In this document: positions 18,828-28,608 of the stretch, in pieces | Layout: each line of letters starts with the position of its first letter | Position numbering within the stretch: the first letter of the stretch is position 1 | Assembly (NCBI GenBank): GCA_963716725.1 | Contig: CAVQUB010000013.1 | Coordinates: 160,001-224,000 of the forward strand | Direction: 5' to 3' | DNA length: 64,000 nt | From: an uncultured delta proteobacterium | GTDB taxonomy: Bacteria; Myxococcota_A; Polyangia; Polyangiales; Polyangiaceae | Notes under the pieces: generated by a model | The model's database searches: none | Seen by the model: only the letters and a program-made list of their open reading frames with translations | Told to the model about the DNA's origin: nothing | Position numbers and translations under genes: made by a program

Positions 18828-18935
18828 GCTGACGGCGTCATCGCAGAGCGGCCCGCCCGCTGCAAGGCGCGCGCGGCACGCAGCAGATTCCGCGGCGAAG
18901 GCCCCACGACGCGGAGCGTCGAAAAGTTTGCGCGC

Positions 18936-19832
18936 CTATTCGTCTTCAGCCGCCGCCGCAACGACGGGTGCGCCAGCGCGTCTCGACACGAGCCAGCCGA
19001 ACGCTCCGGCCGTGAAGAACATGATCAAGCTGTAAATGGCCGGAGGGATCGCCATCGTCGAATTGTTCAAGAGCGTCGGGCTCGCGGCGATGGCGATAGC
19101 CAAGGTCCCGTTGTGAATTCCGATTTCCATGCCGATGGCGATGGCCTGGCGGCGCTCGACGCGGAGCAGCAGCGGCACGAAGTAGCCGACGGTCATGCTG
19201 GCCAGGTTGAACGCCAGCGCGGCGACCCCGACCTGACGGAAGAACCCGCCGATGTTCGCGCGCTCCTTCGCCACCGCCGACGCGATCACCAAAATGAGGA
19301 ACACGGCCGAGAGAATGCGCACCGGTTTCTCGAGGCGCCCCGCCGTCGCGCGCTTCTTGGAGCGGATCAGCATCCCGATGCCCACGGGCACCAGCACGAT
19401 GGCGAACACCTGCAGGACCTTGTCGAATTGGAGCGGGATCACCTTGCCGCTGCCCATGAACGCTTCGAGCGAGAAGTTCACGATGAAGGGCAGTGTGAGC
19501 AGCGCGAGCACACTGTTGACAGCGGTGAGCGTGATGTTGAGCGCCACGTCACCCTTCGCCAGGTGACTGAACAGGTTGGCGGTGGCGCCGCCCGGCGCCG
19601 CCGAGAGCAACATCAATCCGACGGCGAGCTCGGGCGGCAGACCAAAGCCTCGTGCGATTCCGAAGCAGACCGCTGGCAGGACCAACATCTGACACGCCAG
19701 CCCGACGAACACGGCGCGCGGGTACACGAGCACGCGCCGAAAATCCGCGAGCGTGAGCGACAGCCCGAGCCCGAGCATGATGACGCCGAGGGCCAGCGGG
19801 AGAAACACGGCGGTGATGACGTTCGATTGCAT
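18936..19832 (-). CDS. Bile acid:sodium symporter (BASS) family transporter
   Basis: IMLGLGLSLT, APGGATANLFSHLAKGDVAL, MEIGIHNGTLAI, PPAIYS; multiple TM helices. Confidence 0.93.
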   Translation of the reverse strand: MQSNVITAVFLPLALGVIMLGLGLSLTLADFRRVLVYPRAVFVGLACQMLVLPAVCFGIARGFGLPPELAVGLMLLSAAPGGATANLFSHLAKGDVALNITLTAVNSVLALLTLPFIVNFSLEAFMGSGKVIPLQFDKVLQVFAIVLVPVGIGMLIRSKKRATAGRLEKPVRILSAVFLILVIASAVAKERANIGGFFRQVGVAALAFNLASMTVGYFVPLLLRVERRQAIAIGMEIGIHNGTLAIAIAASPTLLNNSTMAIPPAIYSLIMFFTAGAFGWLVSRRAGAPVVAAAAEDE

Positions 19833-19841
19833 GATGCCCTC

Positions 19842-21921
19842 TCATCCGGCGAGCAAGTTGAAGTGCGCGATGGCCGAGCACGTCCGATGTATCTGACGCA
19901 TCAGCTTGAGGCGATTGTCGCGAACACGGGGTTCTTTGGCCATCACCAACACGTCGTCGAAGTAGCGAGCGAGCACTGGGGCAAAGGCGGCAATCGAGTC
20001 GAGGGCGCCGGCATAGTCCCGGCTCTGGTGGGCCGCGCCGACCTCGGCTCGAAGCCGAGAAAAGGCCGTGAATAGCGCATCTTCCGTCGCGTGCACCTCC
20101 TCCACGACCTCAGCTGGCGCCACCGGATCCCCATCGGGTGCGTCCTTGGCGATGTTGGCGGCGCGCTTGAACACCTCGCCTGCGAGCGCGCGGACGCCGG
20201 GGTCGATCTGAGCCAACGCGCGCACGCGCAGGGCAACGTCGTGCGGCCGGTCTGCGTGGGCCGCAATGCAGGCATCCACTGCGCTGGCGGGCAGCTCTTG
20301 CTCGAGCAAGCCGCGCAGGCGCTGGATGAAGAAGGCGAGCAGCTTGTCGCTGGTCTCGGCCACGTCGGCGTCGAGCTTCACGCCGGAGAAGGCGGCGTAC
20401 GCGCTGGAGATGGCCGCCGAAAGCGAGAGGTCCCAGTTCTTGTCGAGGACCGTACGCAGCACGCCCAGCGCAGCGCGACGGAGCGCGAGCGGATCGGCGG
20501 TACCGGTGGGGACTTGGCCCACGGCGAAGCAGCCAACCAGGGTGTCCATGCGATCCGCCAGCGCCACCAGCGCGGCGGCGTCGCTGGGCGCCGTCGGGTC
20601 GTCGGCGCCGCGGGGTTGGTAGTGCTCCGCGATCACCTGGGCGACGTCGGCGCTCACGCCTTGGGCCAAGGCGTAGGCAGTGCCCATTTCGCCCTGGAGC
20701 TCCGGCAGCTCACCCACCATCAACGTGACGAGGTCACATTTGCAGAGCGCGGCTCCGGCGAGCGCGGTCTGGACGACGTCGTCCGCGAGTCCGAGCTCGG
20801 CGCCGAGCAAGGGCACCACGCGTTCGATGCGTTGGACCTTGTCGGCCACGCTGCCCAGGCGTTTGTGAAAGACGACGCCCTCGAGCTTGCTACGGCGCTC
20901 GGCGAGCGGCATCGCGAGAATCCGTCTCGTAGAAGAACTTGGCGTCGGCGAGGCGCGCGCGCATGACGCGGTCGTTGCCGCGTCGAACGTTCTCCGGATT
21001 TTCGGCGGTGTTGACCACGGCCAGGTACCTGGGCAAGAGCTTTCCCTTGGCGTCGCGCACCCCGAAGTAGCGCTGGTGTCCCTTCGCAACGTCGAGGATC
21101 ACGCGCTCCGGCAGCTTCAAAAACTCCTCGTCGAATCCGCCGCTGACGATCTGGGGTTCCTCCACCAGAGAGAGGTTCTCTTCGACCAAGAAAGCATCTT
21201 CGATCAAGACGCCTCCCGCGGCCGCCGCCGCCTCACGCAACCGCTCGACCATCGTGCGACGGCGTTCGTCGAGTTCGACGAAGACGTGGGCCTTGCGCAA
21301 GGCTTCGACATAGTCTCGAGCGTGAGCGACTTGGTGGGGGCCCGGCGCCAGAAAGCGATGGCCCGCGGTGGCGCGGCCGGAGCGGACTCCAGCAAACTCC
21401 ACCTCGACCTCGTCGGCGCCGAGCAATGCGACGATCCAGCGAACCGGACGGCCGAACGGCACCTCGCCATCCGACCAGCGCATCGACTTGCGGAACGGGA
21501 TCTTGGCGCAGACTTCCGCGAGCGCGGCCGCGAGCAAGCCTTTGGCCGCCAGTCCCTTCTCGACGCGGCGGCCAACCAGGTACTCGCCCTTGTCGGTGTC
21601 CTTGCGGCTCAACGTCGCGACGTCGACACCGAGCTTCTGCGCAAAGGCCAGCCCGGCCTTCGTCGGCTTGCCCTCCGTATCGAAGGCCACACGCGCCGGG
21701 GGCCCCAGCACTTCTTCGTCGAGATCGGGCTGCTCGGTAGCCACGGCCTCGACCAGCACCGCCAACCGCCGCGGCGTGCCGGCGGCCCTCACGTCGCCGT
21801 GAGCGAGGCGAAGGTCCGTCAGCTTGGCTCGAAGGAGCGAAGGCAGGGCCTCGACTCCGCCGGCGACGAAGGACGCCGGCAGCTCTTCGGTGCCGATCTC
21901 CAGGAGCAATGTTTCGGGCAT
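19842..21921 (-). CDS. glyS: Glycine--tRNA ligase beta subunit, split by a +1 indel at ~20920
   Basis: LLLEIGTEELP, TPRRLAV, KSMRW, RPVRWIV, HQRYF, GNDRVMRARLADAKFFYETD, then LAMPL...CKCDLVTLMVGELPELQG, EHYQPR, DPLALRRAALG, VRDNRLKL. Removing one base at 20919-20920 fuses the two ORFs. Confidence 0.93.
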
Positions 21922-22039
21922 GGGCGGGTCGGACGCTACCCCAACTGGTCACCGATCGAGTAGTCCCCCGCCGGACTTCTCAGGGCAGCCCCACCAGCGC
22001 CGTGACGGACTGGCAGCCGCCGCGCTAGGCTGACCGCAC

Positions 22040-23020
22040 GTGTCCCGCTCGCACTGGCCAGCTGTCGTTTGCGCTCTGTTCTTCGCAGCGTGCTCTTTCC
22101 CGGAGCACGACTTCATCCCCGCCGCGGAGTTCGAGAAGCTGAAGGACAGCGGCGCCGGCACCGGCGGCTCGACCGGTGGCGCTGGCGGCGCTGGCGGAAC
22201 CAGCGGCGCTGGCGGCACGACTGGCGGAACCGGCGGCGCGACCGGCGGAACCGGCGGCGCTGGCGGCACGACTGGCGGAACCGGCGGCGCGACCGGCGGA
22301 ACCGGCGGCGCTGGCGGCACGACTGGCGGCGCTGGCGGAACAGGCGGCGCGACCGGCGGCGCTGGCGGAACCGGCGGCGCTGGCGGCACGACTGGCGGCG
22401 CTGGCGGAACAGGCGGGGCTGGCGGAACAGGCGGCGCGACCGGCGGAACCGGCGGAACCGGCGGAACCGGCGGCGCTACCGGGGGAACCGGCGGCGCTAC
22501 CGGTGGAGCCGGGGGCACTGGCGGGACCGGCGGTTCAAGCTGCGGGAACGTGGTGATCAACGAGGTGTCGGCGGACGGCACTGCGGGCGGAACCGACGAG
22601 TTCGTGGAACTCTACAACTCGGGGACGTGCGCGCAGTCGTTGTCGGGGTGGACGTTGAAGTACTCGTCGGCGTTGGGGAGCACTCCTTCGACCGTTTGGT
22701 CCGCTGTGTCGACGGATTCCATCGCTGCGGGCGGCTACTTCGTGCTCGGCGGATCTGGCTTTGTCGGCACCAAGCACGGCGCCATGACGGGAGGCCTTGC
22801 CGCCGCTGGGGGCGGCGTCGGGCTCTTCGATGGCGCGACGCTGAAGGACGGCGTGGCCTATGGCTCCGCCTCGTCGACCCATCCTTTCATTGAAGGTACG
22901 ACGCCGGCGCCGACGATCCCTTCCGACCAATCTGCCGCCCGCTCCCCCAACGGCAAGGACACCAACAACAACGCCACCGACTTCAAGATCGCGGTGCGCA
23001 CCGCGGGGGCGGCGAACTGA
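22040..23020 (+). CDS. Lipoprotein with Gly/Thr linker and lamin-tail domain (LTD)
   Basis: Lipobox FAAC; ~125-aa GGT/GGA linker; VVINEV...DEFVELYN...LSGWTL...DTNNNATDF. Confidence 0.9.
   Translation: MSRSHWPAVVCALFFAACSFPEHDFIPAAEFEKLKDSGAGTGGSTGGAGGAGGTSGAGGTTGGTGGATGGTGGAGGTTGGTGGATGGTGGAGGTTGGAGGTGGATGGAGGTGGAGGTTGGAGGTGGAGGTGGATGGTGGTGGTGGATGGTGGATGGAGGTGGTGGSSCGNVVINEVSADGTAGGTDEFVELYNSGTCAQSLSGWTLKYSSALGSTPSTVWSAVSTDSIAAGGYFVLGGSGFVGTKHGAMTGGLAAAGGGVGLFDGATLKDGVAYGSASSTHPFIEGTTPAPTIPSDQSAARSPNGKDTNNNATDFKIAVRTAGAAN
22150..22532. repeat. Low-complexity Gly-Gly-Thr/Ala coding repeat
   Basis: Mosaic of ggcggaacc / ggcggcgct / ggcggcacgact units. Confidence 0.9.
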
Positions 23021-23022
23021 CC

Positions 23023-23219
23023 GTGAAGATCGTCTGCCCCATGTGCCAGAAGGTCATCGACGATGCCCCGCCGGATTTCCCCCGCGTCCCTTCTGCTCAG
23101 CGCGCTGCAAGTTGCTCGATCTCGGCAACTGGTTCGACGAGAGCTACCGGGTATCCGAGCCCATCGACGCGCTGACCGGCGACGAGGACGAGGACTCTTC
23201 GACTCAGAAGCCGAACTGA
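23023..23219 (+). CDS. yacG: DNA gyrase inhibitor YacG (Zn finger), one C missing in a C5 run at ~23079-23083
   Basis: GTG 23023 gives [10 protein letters not shown]...PPDFP; the shifted frame gives [24 protein letters not shown], the YacG signature CPxC...PFCSxRCxxxDLGxW. Confidence 0.88.
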
Positions 23220-23346
23220 GTCCGAGGGCAGTGCCACGCTCGGGCGCGAGGCGTTTGGCCTCCGGAGCGAGGTTCTTCGATTTCGAACCAGCAGTTGTCG
23301 GCAAAGCTCGCCATTTTTTCGCGGCGCGCTAGACTCGGAGCGCAGG

Positions 23347-24204
23347 ATGTCGGACGGCGACGACAGCGTGCTCCGCGCCATCACCGACGACGGCGCCTTC
23401 CGAGTGGTCGTCGCCCGGACCACCAGCACCGTGCGCGGTGTGCTTCAGGCTCAGCACGCCCGGGGCCCGAGCGCGCGACCATTCGGCGATCTGATCACCG
23501 GCTCCGTCCTGTTCCGCGAGACGATGGCGCCGAACCTGCGTGTGCAGGGCGTGCTCAAGGGCGTCGGCGGACGCGGCAGCTTGGTCGCGGACTCACACCC
23601 CTCGGGCATGACCCGGGGGCTGATGCAGCTTCCGGAGGGAGCAGAGGCGGTGGACACCAATGCGGGCGCGCTCTTGCAGCTCATGCGCACGCTGCCGGGC
23701 GGACGCATCAATCAAGGCGTGGTGGAGCTGCCAGCCGGGGGCGACGTGTCGCGCGCGATGATGGCGTACATGCAGACCTCGGAGCAGGTCGTCAGCATGA
23801 TCGCCGTGGGAACGATTCTGGATGGCACCGAGATCATGGCTGCCGGGGGCTACTTGGTTCAGCTGTTGCCGGAGGTCGGACGCGGTCCACTCATGATAAT
23901 GACCGAGCGACTCCGGGAGTTCGAGGACATCACTCCGCAGCTGGCCGACGCGGCGTTCAGCCCGGAATGGTTGCTCGAGCAACTCCTGTACGGCATGGAG
24001 TACACCCGGTTGGAGGAGCGGCCCATCGGCTTCGATTGCTGGTGTGACGAGCTGCGCCTCTTGTCCGTCCTGGCCACCCTCGATCGCACTGAAGTCGAAG
24101 CTCTCATCGCGGATGGGCAGACCCTCGAGATCACTTGCGACTACTGCAAGCACGAGTACCGAATTGCACCGGCCAAGCTGCGTGGGCTGCTTGGCGCGAG
24201 CTGA
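23347..24204 (+). CDS. hslO: Hsp33 redox-regulated chaperone
   Basis: YMQTSEQV, AAGGYLVQLLP, C-terminal CWC...CDYC zinc centre. Confidence 0.92.
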   Translation: MSDGDDSVLRAITDDGAFRVVVARTTSTVRGVLQAQHARGPSARPFGDLITGSVLFRETMAPNLRVQGVLKGVGGRGSLVADSHPSGMTRGLMQLPEGAEAVDTNAGALLQLMRTLPGGRINQGVVELPAGGDVSRAMMAYMQTSEQVVSMIAVGTILDGTEIMAAGGYLVQLLPEVGRGPLMIMTERLREFEDITPQLADAAFSPEWLLEQLLYGMEYTRLEERPIGFDCWCDELRLLSVLATLDRTEVEALIADGQTLEITCDYCKHEYRIAPAKLRGLLGAS

Positions 24205-24225
24205 GCGCGCGAAGGTCGGAAGAGG

Positions 24226-25941
24226 ATGCGTTTCGGCCTTGCTCTCCAGCTGCTGCTCTGCGCGAGCGGGTGCACGAAAGGCCCGCCGCCGGAGCCCAGA
24301 GCCCCGCCCGCGCCGCAATCGAGCGCGGCGGCTGCGACCGCCGACAAGATCGTCACCGTGATCGGCACCAACGACCTGCACGGGCATGTCGAGCACCTGG
24401 ATGTGTTTGCGGGCTACGTGGCGCGGTTGCGCCAGCTTCGCCGCGCGGACGGCGGCGTGATGCTGGTCGACGCTGGTGACATGTTCCAGGGAACGCTGGA
24501 GTCGAACCTGGGCGAAGGTCAGGCGGTGGTCGCTGCGTTCAACGCGCTCTCGTACACTGCCGCGGCGCTCGGGAATCACGACTTCGACTACGGCCCGGTG
24601 GGCGAAGGCGACGCGGCTGCCGGCGGCGACCCGCAGGGGGCAGTGCGCGCCCGGCTCGCGCAGGCGCGGTTCCCGATGTTGTCGGCGAACCTGATCGAGC
24701 GGGGCAGCGGCAGAGCACCGCGGTGGGACAACCTGCATCCGGCGGTCTTGGTAGAGGTCGCGGGCGTGAAGGTGGGCATCGTCGGCGTGATGACCGCGGA
24801 GACCCCGGAAATCGTCTTGCCCGCCCACTTCGCGGGGCTCGACGTGACGCCGCTGGCCACGGCAATTGCCCGTGAAGCTGCGGCGTTGCGCGAGCGCGGG
24901 GCACGCGCTGTGGTTGCGGTCGCGCACGCAGGCGGGGTCTGCAAGACGCACGACGACCCTCGGAGCGAAGCGGGGTGCAACGCCGATCAGGAGATCAACC
25001 GCGTCGCGCGCGAGCTGCCCGCGGGCGCCGTGGACGCCATCATCGGCGGACACACGCACCAAGGGGTAGCTCATTTCTTCTCGGGAACCGCTGTCGCGGA
25101 GGCGTTTGCGCTCGGGCGCGCGTTCTCGCGCATCGACCTGAGCGTCTCGAGCGACCCGAGGGCCAAGGTGAGCGTCCGCATTTTTCCCCCACGACTCGTC
25201 TGTGCCGGCGGCGAAGAGCCGCGTTGCGAGCCTGGCAGCTACGAGGGCGCGACCATTCAGAGCGACCCCAGGGTGGCCGCCTTGGTGGCGCCGTGGCGAC
25301 GAGCCGCCGCCGCACGCCGGGCCGAGCGGCTGGGGGTCCAGGTGATCCGTACCGTGCGCGGCGCGCATGGAGCGGAGTCCGCGCTGGGAAACTGGCTCGC
25401 CGATTTGCTGCTCACCGCGACGCCGAAGGCCGACGTCGCCATTCTAAACGGCGGCGGCCTCCGTGCGCCGCTTCCGGCGGGCGAGCTCACCTACGGTCAG
25501 CTCTACGAGTGCCAACCCTTCGACAACCGCGTCGGCAAGATCCGCCTGAGTGGCGCGGAGTTCCGACGTGCGATCGCGTTGCACCTGGAACGTGGGCGTC
25601 ACGGCATCATCTCCATCGCCGGCGCACGCGTCGATGCGCGCTGCTCGGGCGGTCGGCTCGACGTGAAACTGACACGGGCGAACGGCAAGGTGATCTCCGA
25701 CGCGGAGCAGGTGACCATCGCGACCAGTGACTACCTCGCCACGGGTGGCGACGAGCTCTTCGCCGGGGCGGGGCGACCGGCCCCCCGCAGCGACCTCACC
25801 ACGGAGACCCTCCGCGACAGGCTGGCTGCGGAGCTTCGCAAGCGCGGTGGGAGCGTGGACGGCGAAGCTCGCGGGCTCTATGACGCCGACCAGCCCCGCG
25901 TCCGCCTGTCCAAGCCGCGACCGATGCGCTGCGATGAGTGA
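24226..25941 (+). CDS. Bifunctional metallophosphatase / 5'-nucleotidase lipoprotein
   Basis: Lipobox ASGC; TNDLHG, DAGDMFQG, LGNHDFDYG, GGHTH, ESALGN, NGGGLR, PFDN, DYLATGGD. Confidence 0.93.
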   Translation: MRFGLALQLLLCASGCTKGPPPEPRAPPAPQSSAAAATADKIVTVIGTNDLHGHVEHLDVFAGYVARLRQLRRADGGVMLVDAGDMFQGTLESNLGEGQAVVAAFNALSYTAAALGNHDFDYGPVGEGDAAAGGDPQGAVRARLAQARFPMLSANLIERGSGRAPRWDNLHPAVLVEVAGVKVGIVGVMTAETPEIVLPAHFAGLDVTPLATAIAREAAALRERGARAVVAVAHAGGVCKTHDDPRSEAGCNADQEINRVARELPAGAVDAIIGGHTHQGVAHFFSGTAVAEAFALGRAFSRIDLSVSSDPRAKVSVRIFPPRLVCAGGEEPRCEPGSYEGATIQSDPRVAALVAPWRRAAAARRAERLGVQVIRTVRGAHGAESALGNWLADLLLTATPKADVAILNGGGLRAPLPAGELTYGQLYECQPFDNRVGKIRLSGAEFRRAIALHLERGRHGIISIAGARVDARCSGGRLDVKLTRANGKVISDAEQVTIATSDYLATGGDELFAGAGRPAPRSDLTTETLRDRLAAELRKRGGSVDGEARGLYDADQPRVRLSKPRPMRCDE

Positions 25942-26044
25942 CGAGCGCACACCCGTCCAGGTGGGGAAATGGCGGTCCGGCTCCGGGCCGAGACTCGGCA
26001 TTGTCGCTGGTTTGTAGCCTGCGTGCTAGCTTGGTGGACTGAGA

Positions 26045-27568
26045 ATGACGGGGCCGAAGACACCCGACGACTTGCTCGACTCGGCCGACACCATCTCGGT
26101 GGAGACCCGGGCTGCGGTTCGCCCCGAGGGCGCCGAGCAATACGCCGCAGGGCAGCTCATCAGCGACAAGTATCGGCTGCTGCGCCAGCTCGGGGAGGGC
26201 GGCATGGCGAGCGTCTGGGTCGCGCACAACGAGGCCCTCGACATCCACGTCGCCATCAAGTTCATCCAATCGGACCTCCGGAGCGCCGACCTTTCGAACC
26301 GCCTGCTCCAGGAAGCGCGAGCCGCGGCCCGACTGGGGCATCCGGCCATCGTCCGCGTCTCGGACTTCGGCAAGACGCGCTACGGCAACCCGTACATCGT
26401 GATGGAGCTCTTGAACGGCGAGGACCTCGGCGAGGTGATCAAGAGGAAGGGGCCGATGCCGGCCATGAAGGCGGTCCGTACGCTGCTGCCCATCGCCGAC
26501 GCTCTGGCCGTCGCCCACGGCAAGGGCATCGTGCATCGTGATCTGAAACCCGAGAACATCTTCCTGACCCAAGAAGAGAACGGAAAGACCCAACCGAAGC
26601 TGGTGGACTTCGGCATCGCGAAGCTCGACGTGGAGGGCTCCCAGCGCATCACGCAGATGGGTGCCGCCATGGGGAGCCCAGCCTACATGTCACCGGAGCA
26701 GGCGCGGGGGCTCGACGTGGACGCCCGCACGGACGTCTGGGCGCTGTGCGTGGTGCTTTACGAGGTCTTGACCGGACTGCTGCCCTTCAACGGCAACGTG
26801 TACACCGCCCTGGTCGTTGCGATCCTCGAGTCGAAGCCCAGGCCCACCACCGAGCTCGGCATCGGCGACACCGAGCTCTGGGAGATCATCGACAAAGGGC
26901 TCGCCAAGGCCCCTGATGGCCGGTGGCAGAGCATGCGCGAGCTCGGCGCAGCTCTCGCGCGCTGGGCGCTCTCTCGGAGCGTCGCCGACGACATCACCGG
27001 CTCTAATCTGCAAAGCTCGTGGATCGAGCGCGCGCCCGATTCGATGCCGACGATGATGCCGTCTGCCGTGGAGCCCGGGGCCGGCGCGAGCTCCGGACAC
27101 GCTTCCACCCAGCTCTCGGCGACCGTGTCCGGCTCGACGCCTGCTCGCTCCCGATCGACGTGGATCATGGGCGGCGCCGCGGCGGTGATCGTGCTCGGCA
27201 TCGCGTTCGTGCTGCTCCTGCGTGCGGTCGGCGGCGGCGGGTCGCGAGCCGAGCCCGCGACGGCCGCGACCGGCGTGATGGTCACGCCCCAAGAGCCCAG
27301 CACCGCTCCGGAGAGCCACACCGTCGAGCCCGCCAGCGCCCTGCCCACCGCCAGCGCCCTGCCCACCGCCAGCGCCCTGCCCACCGCCAGCGCCCCGCCC
27401 ACCGCCAGCGCGGCGGCGGAATCCCCCGAGGTGACGACGGCGCCTGTCGGTAAGAAGCCCGCCAGCAAGCCGCCGGTGACCAAGCCCGCGGTCAAGCCCG
27501 CCGGGACCCCCGTGAAGCCGGTGGAGAAGCCGGCGAAGCCTCCCGAATCCGACCTCAAACCTTTCTGA
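26045..27568 (+). CDS. Membrane Ser/Thr protein kinase with Pro/Ala/Thr-rich tail
   Basis: LGEGGMASVW, VAIK, HRDLKPEN, DFGIAK, GSPAYMSPEQ, DVWAL; TM segment; ends SDLKPF. Confidence 0.95.
   Translation: MTGPKTPDDLLDSADTISVETRAAVRPEGAEQYAAGQLISDKYRLLRQLGEGGMASVWVAHNEALDIHVAIKFIQSDLRSADLSNRLLQEARAAARLGHPAIVRVSDFGKTRYGNPYIVMELLNGEDLGEVIKRKGPMPAMKAVRTLLPIADALAVAHGKGIVHRDLKPENIFLTQEENGKTQPKLVDFGIAKLDVEGSQRITQMGAAMGSPAYMSPEQARGLDVDARTDVWALCVVLYEVLTGLLPFNGNVYTALVVAILESKPRPTTELGIGDTELWEIIDKGLAKAPDGRWQSMRELGAALARWALSRSVADDITGSNLQSSWIERAPDSMPTMMPSAVEPGAGASSGHASTQLSATVSGSTPARSRSTWIMGGAAAVIVLGIAFVLLLRAVGGGGSRAEPATAATGVMVTPQEPSTAPESHTVEPASALPTASALPTASALPTASAPPTASAAAESPEVTTAPVGKKPASKPPVTKPAVKPAGTPVKPVEKPAKPPESDLKPF
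27332..27411. repeat. 18-bp coding repeat (ASALPT) x4
   Basis: gccagcgccctgcccacc tandem in the kinase tail. Confidence 0.9.
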
Positions 27569-27576
27569 GCTTTCTT

Positions 27577-28596
27577 ATGACAGTCCGGGCTTCCTCAAGG
27601 GCAGTACTGCTGTGTTGCTCCCTCGCGTTGGCGACGCACTCCGCGCAGGGCCAGACCCCCGCAGCACCCACCCCGACACAGGCCAAGCCCGGCGCCGATG
27701 CCAAGGCCCGCGCGCAGAAGCATTTCGAGCGCGGCGTCGAGGCCTACAAGGAGAGCCGCTTCAAGGACGCGGTCGACGCCTTCCTCGACGCCCACCGCGA
27801 GTACCCCAGTCCCGCGCTGAGCTACAACGCCGCTCGGGCCTACGACAAGCTCTTGGACTCGGCGGGGGCGCTGAGATTCTACCGCGAGTACCTGCGTCAG
27901 AGCCCAGACGCCAGCGACCGCGCGACCGTCGAGCAGCGCGTGGTGGAGTTGGAGACCAAGCTGAAAGAAGAGCGGGGGAGGCAGCAGGTCACGGTCCTGT
28001 CCAACGTCAAGGGCGCGACGGTTCGCATCGACGATCAACCCGTTGGCGTTGCGCCGTGGACCGGAGAGATCCTACCGGGAACGCACCGCGTGCAACTCTC
28101 GATGGACGGGTACGCGGACGCGGAGCAGTCGTTCGACCTTCTCGCCCACCGCGCGATGGACGTCACCCTGACGATGAAGGTCCAGACCGCAGAACCACTG
28201 GCTCCAAAGCAGCCGCAGGCCCCGAAGCGCGGGGCGGTGCGGGCCGACAGCGCGGGCGACGCCGGCACGGTCGGGTGGATGACCTGGACCGCGTTCGGGG
28301 TCGGGGCCGCCGCGCTGGGCGGGGCCGCGGTCTTCGAGATCATGCGCGCGGGTTCGGAAGAAGACGTGAAGACCGAACGCACCCAGATCGCGCGACACGA
28401 CGCCTACGATCAGATGCAGAGCCAGCAGACGACGGCGCGCATCTTCGCCGGGGTCGGAGCCGTCGCCGTCGTGGCCGGGGGAGTGCTGTTGGCGCTCGAC
28501 CTCTCGAAGAGCGGAAGCAAGCAGGAGGGGCCACCCGCGGTGTCGCTGTCTTGCCAGCGGACCGGCTGCAGCGCCGGCTACGCAGGGCACTTCTGA
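27577..28596 (+). CDS. TPR + PEGA domain protein
   Basis: Signal peptide; TPR AQKHFERGVEAYK...YNAARAYD; PEGA SNVKGATVRIDDQPVGVAP...PGTHRVQLSMDGY; two hydrophobic segments; ends GYAGHF. Confidence 0.9.
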   Translation: MTVRASSRAVLLCCSLALATHSAQGQTPAAPTPTQAKPGADAKARAQKHFERGVEAYKESRFKDAVDAFLDAHREYPSPALSYNAARAYDKLLDSAGALRFYREYLRQSPDASDRATVEQRVVELETKLKEERGRQQVTVLSNVKGATVRIDDQPVGVAPWTGEILPGTHRVQLSMDGYADAEQSFDLLAHRAMDVTLTMKVQTAEPLAPKQPQAPKRGAVRADSAGDAGTVGWMTWTAFGVGAAALGGAAVFEIMRAGSEEDVKTERTQIARHDAYDQMQSQQTTARIFAGVGAVAVVAGGVLLALDLSKSGSKQEGPPAVSLSCQRTGCSAGYAGHF

Positions 28597-28608
28597 TCGG
28601 CTGAGGTC

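Noticed and set aside
17331..20075. Long antisense ORFs (for example 17331..20075, 28072..30900, 31595..33229, 58411..59730)
   Set aside because: Shadow frames expected in high-GC DNA opposite well-supported genes; no recognisable motifs.
20910..20930. Programmed ribosomal frameshift in glyS
   Set aside because: No slippery heptamer or stimulatory structure seen; other scattered indels point to sequencing error.
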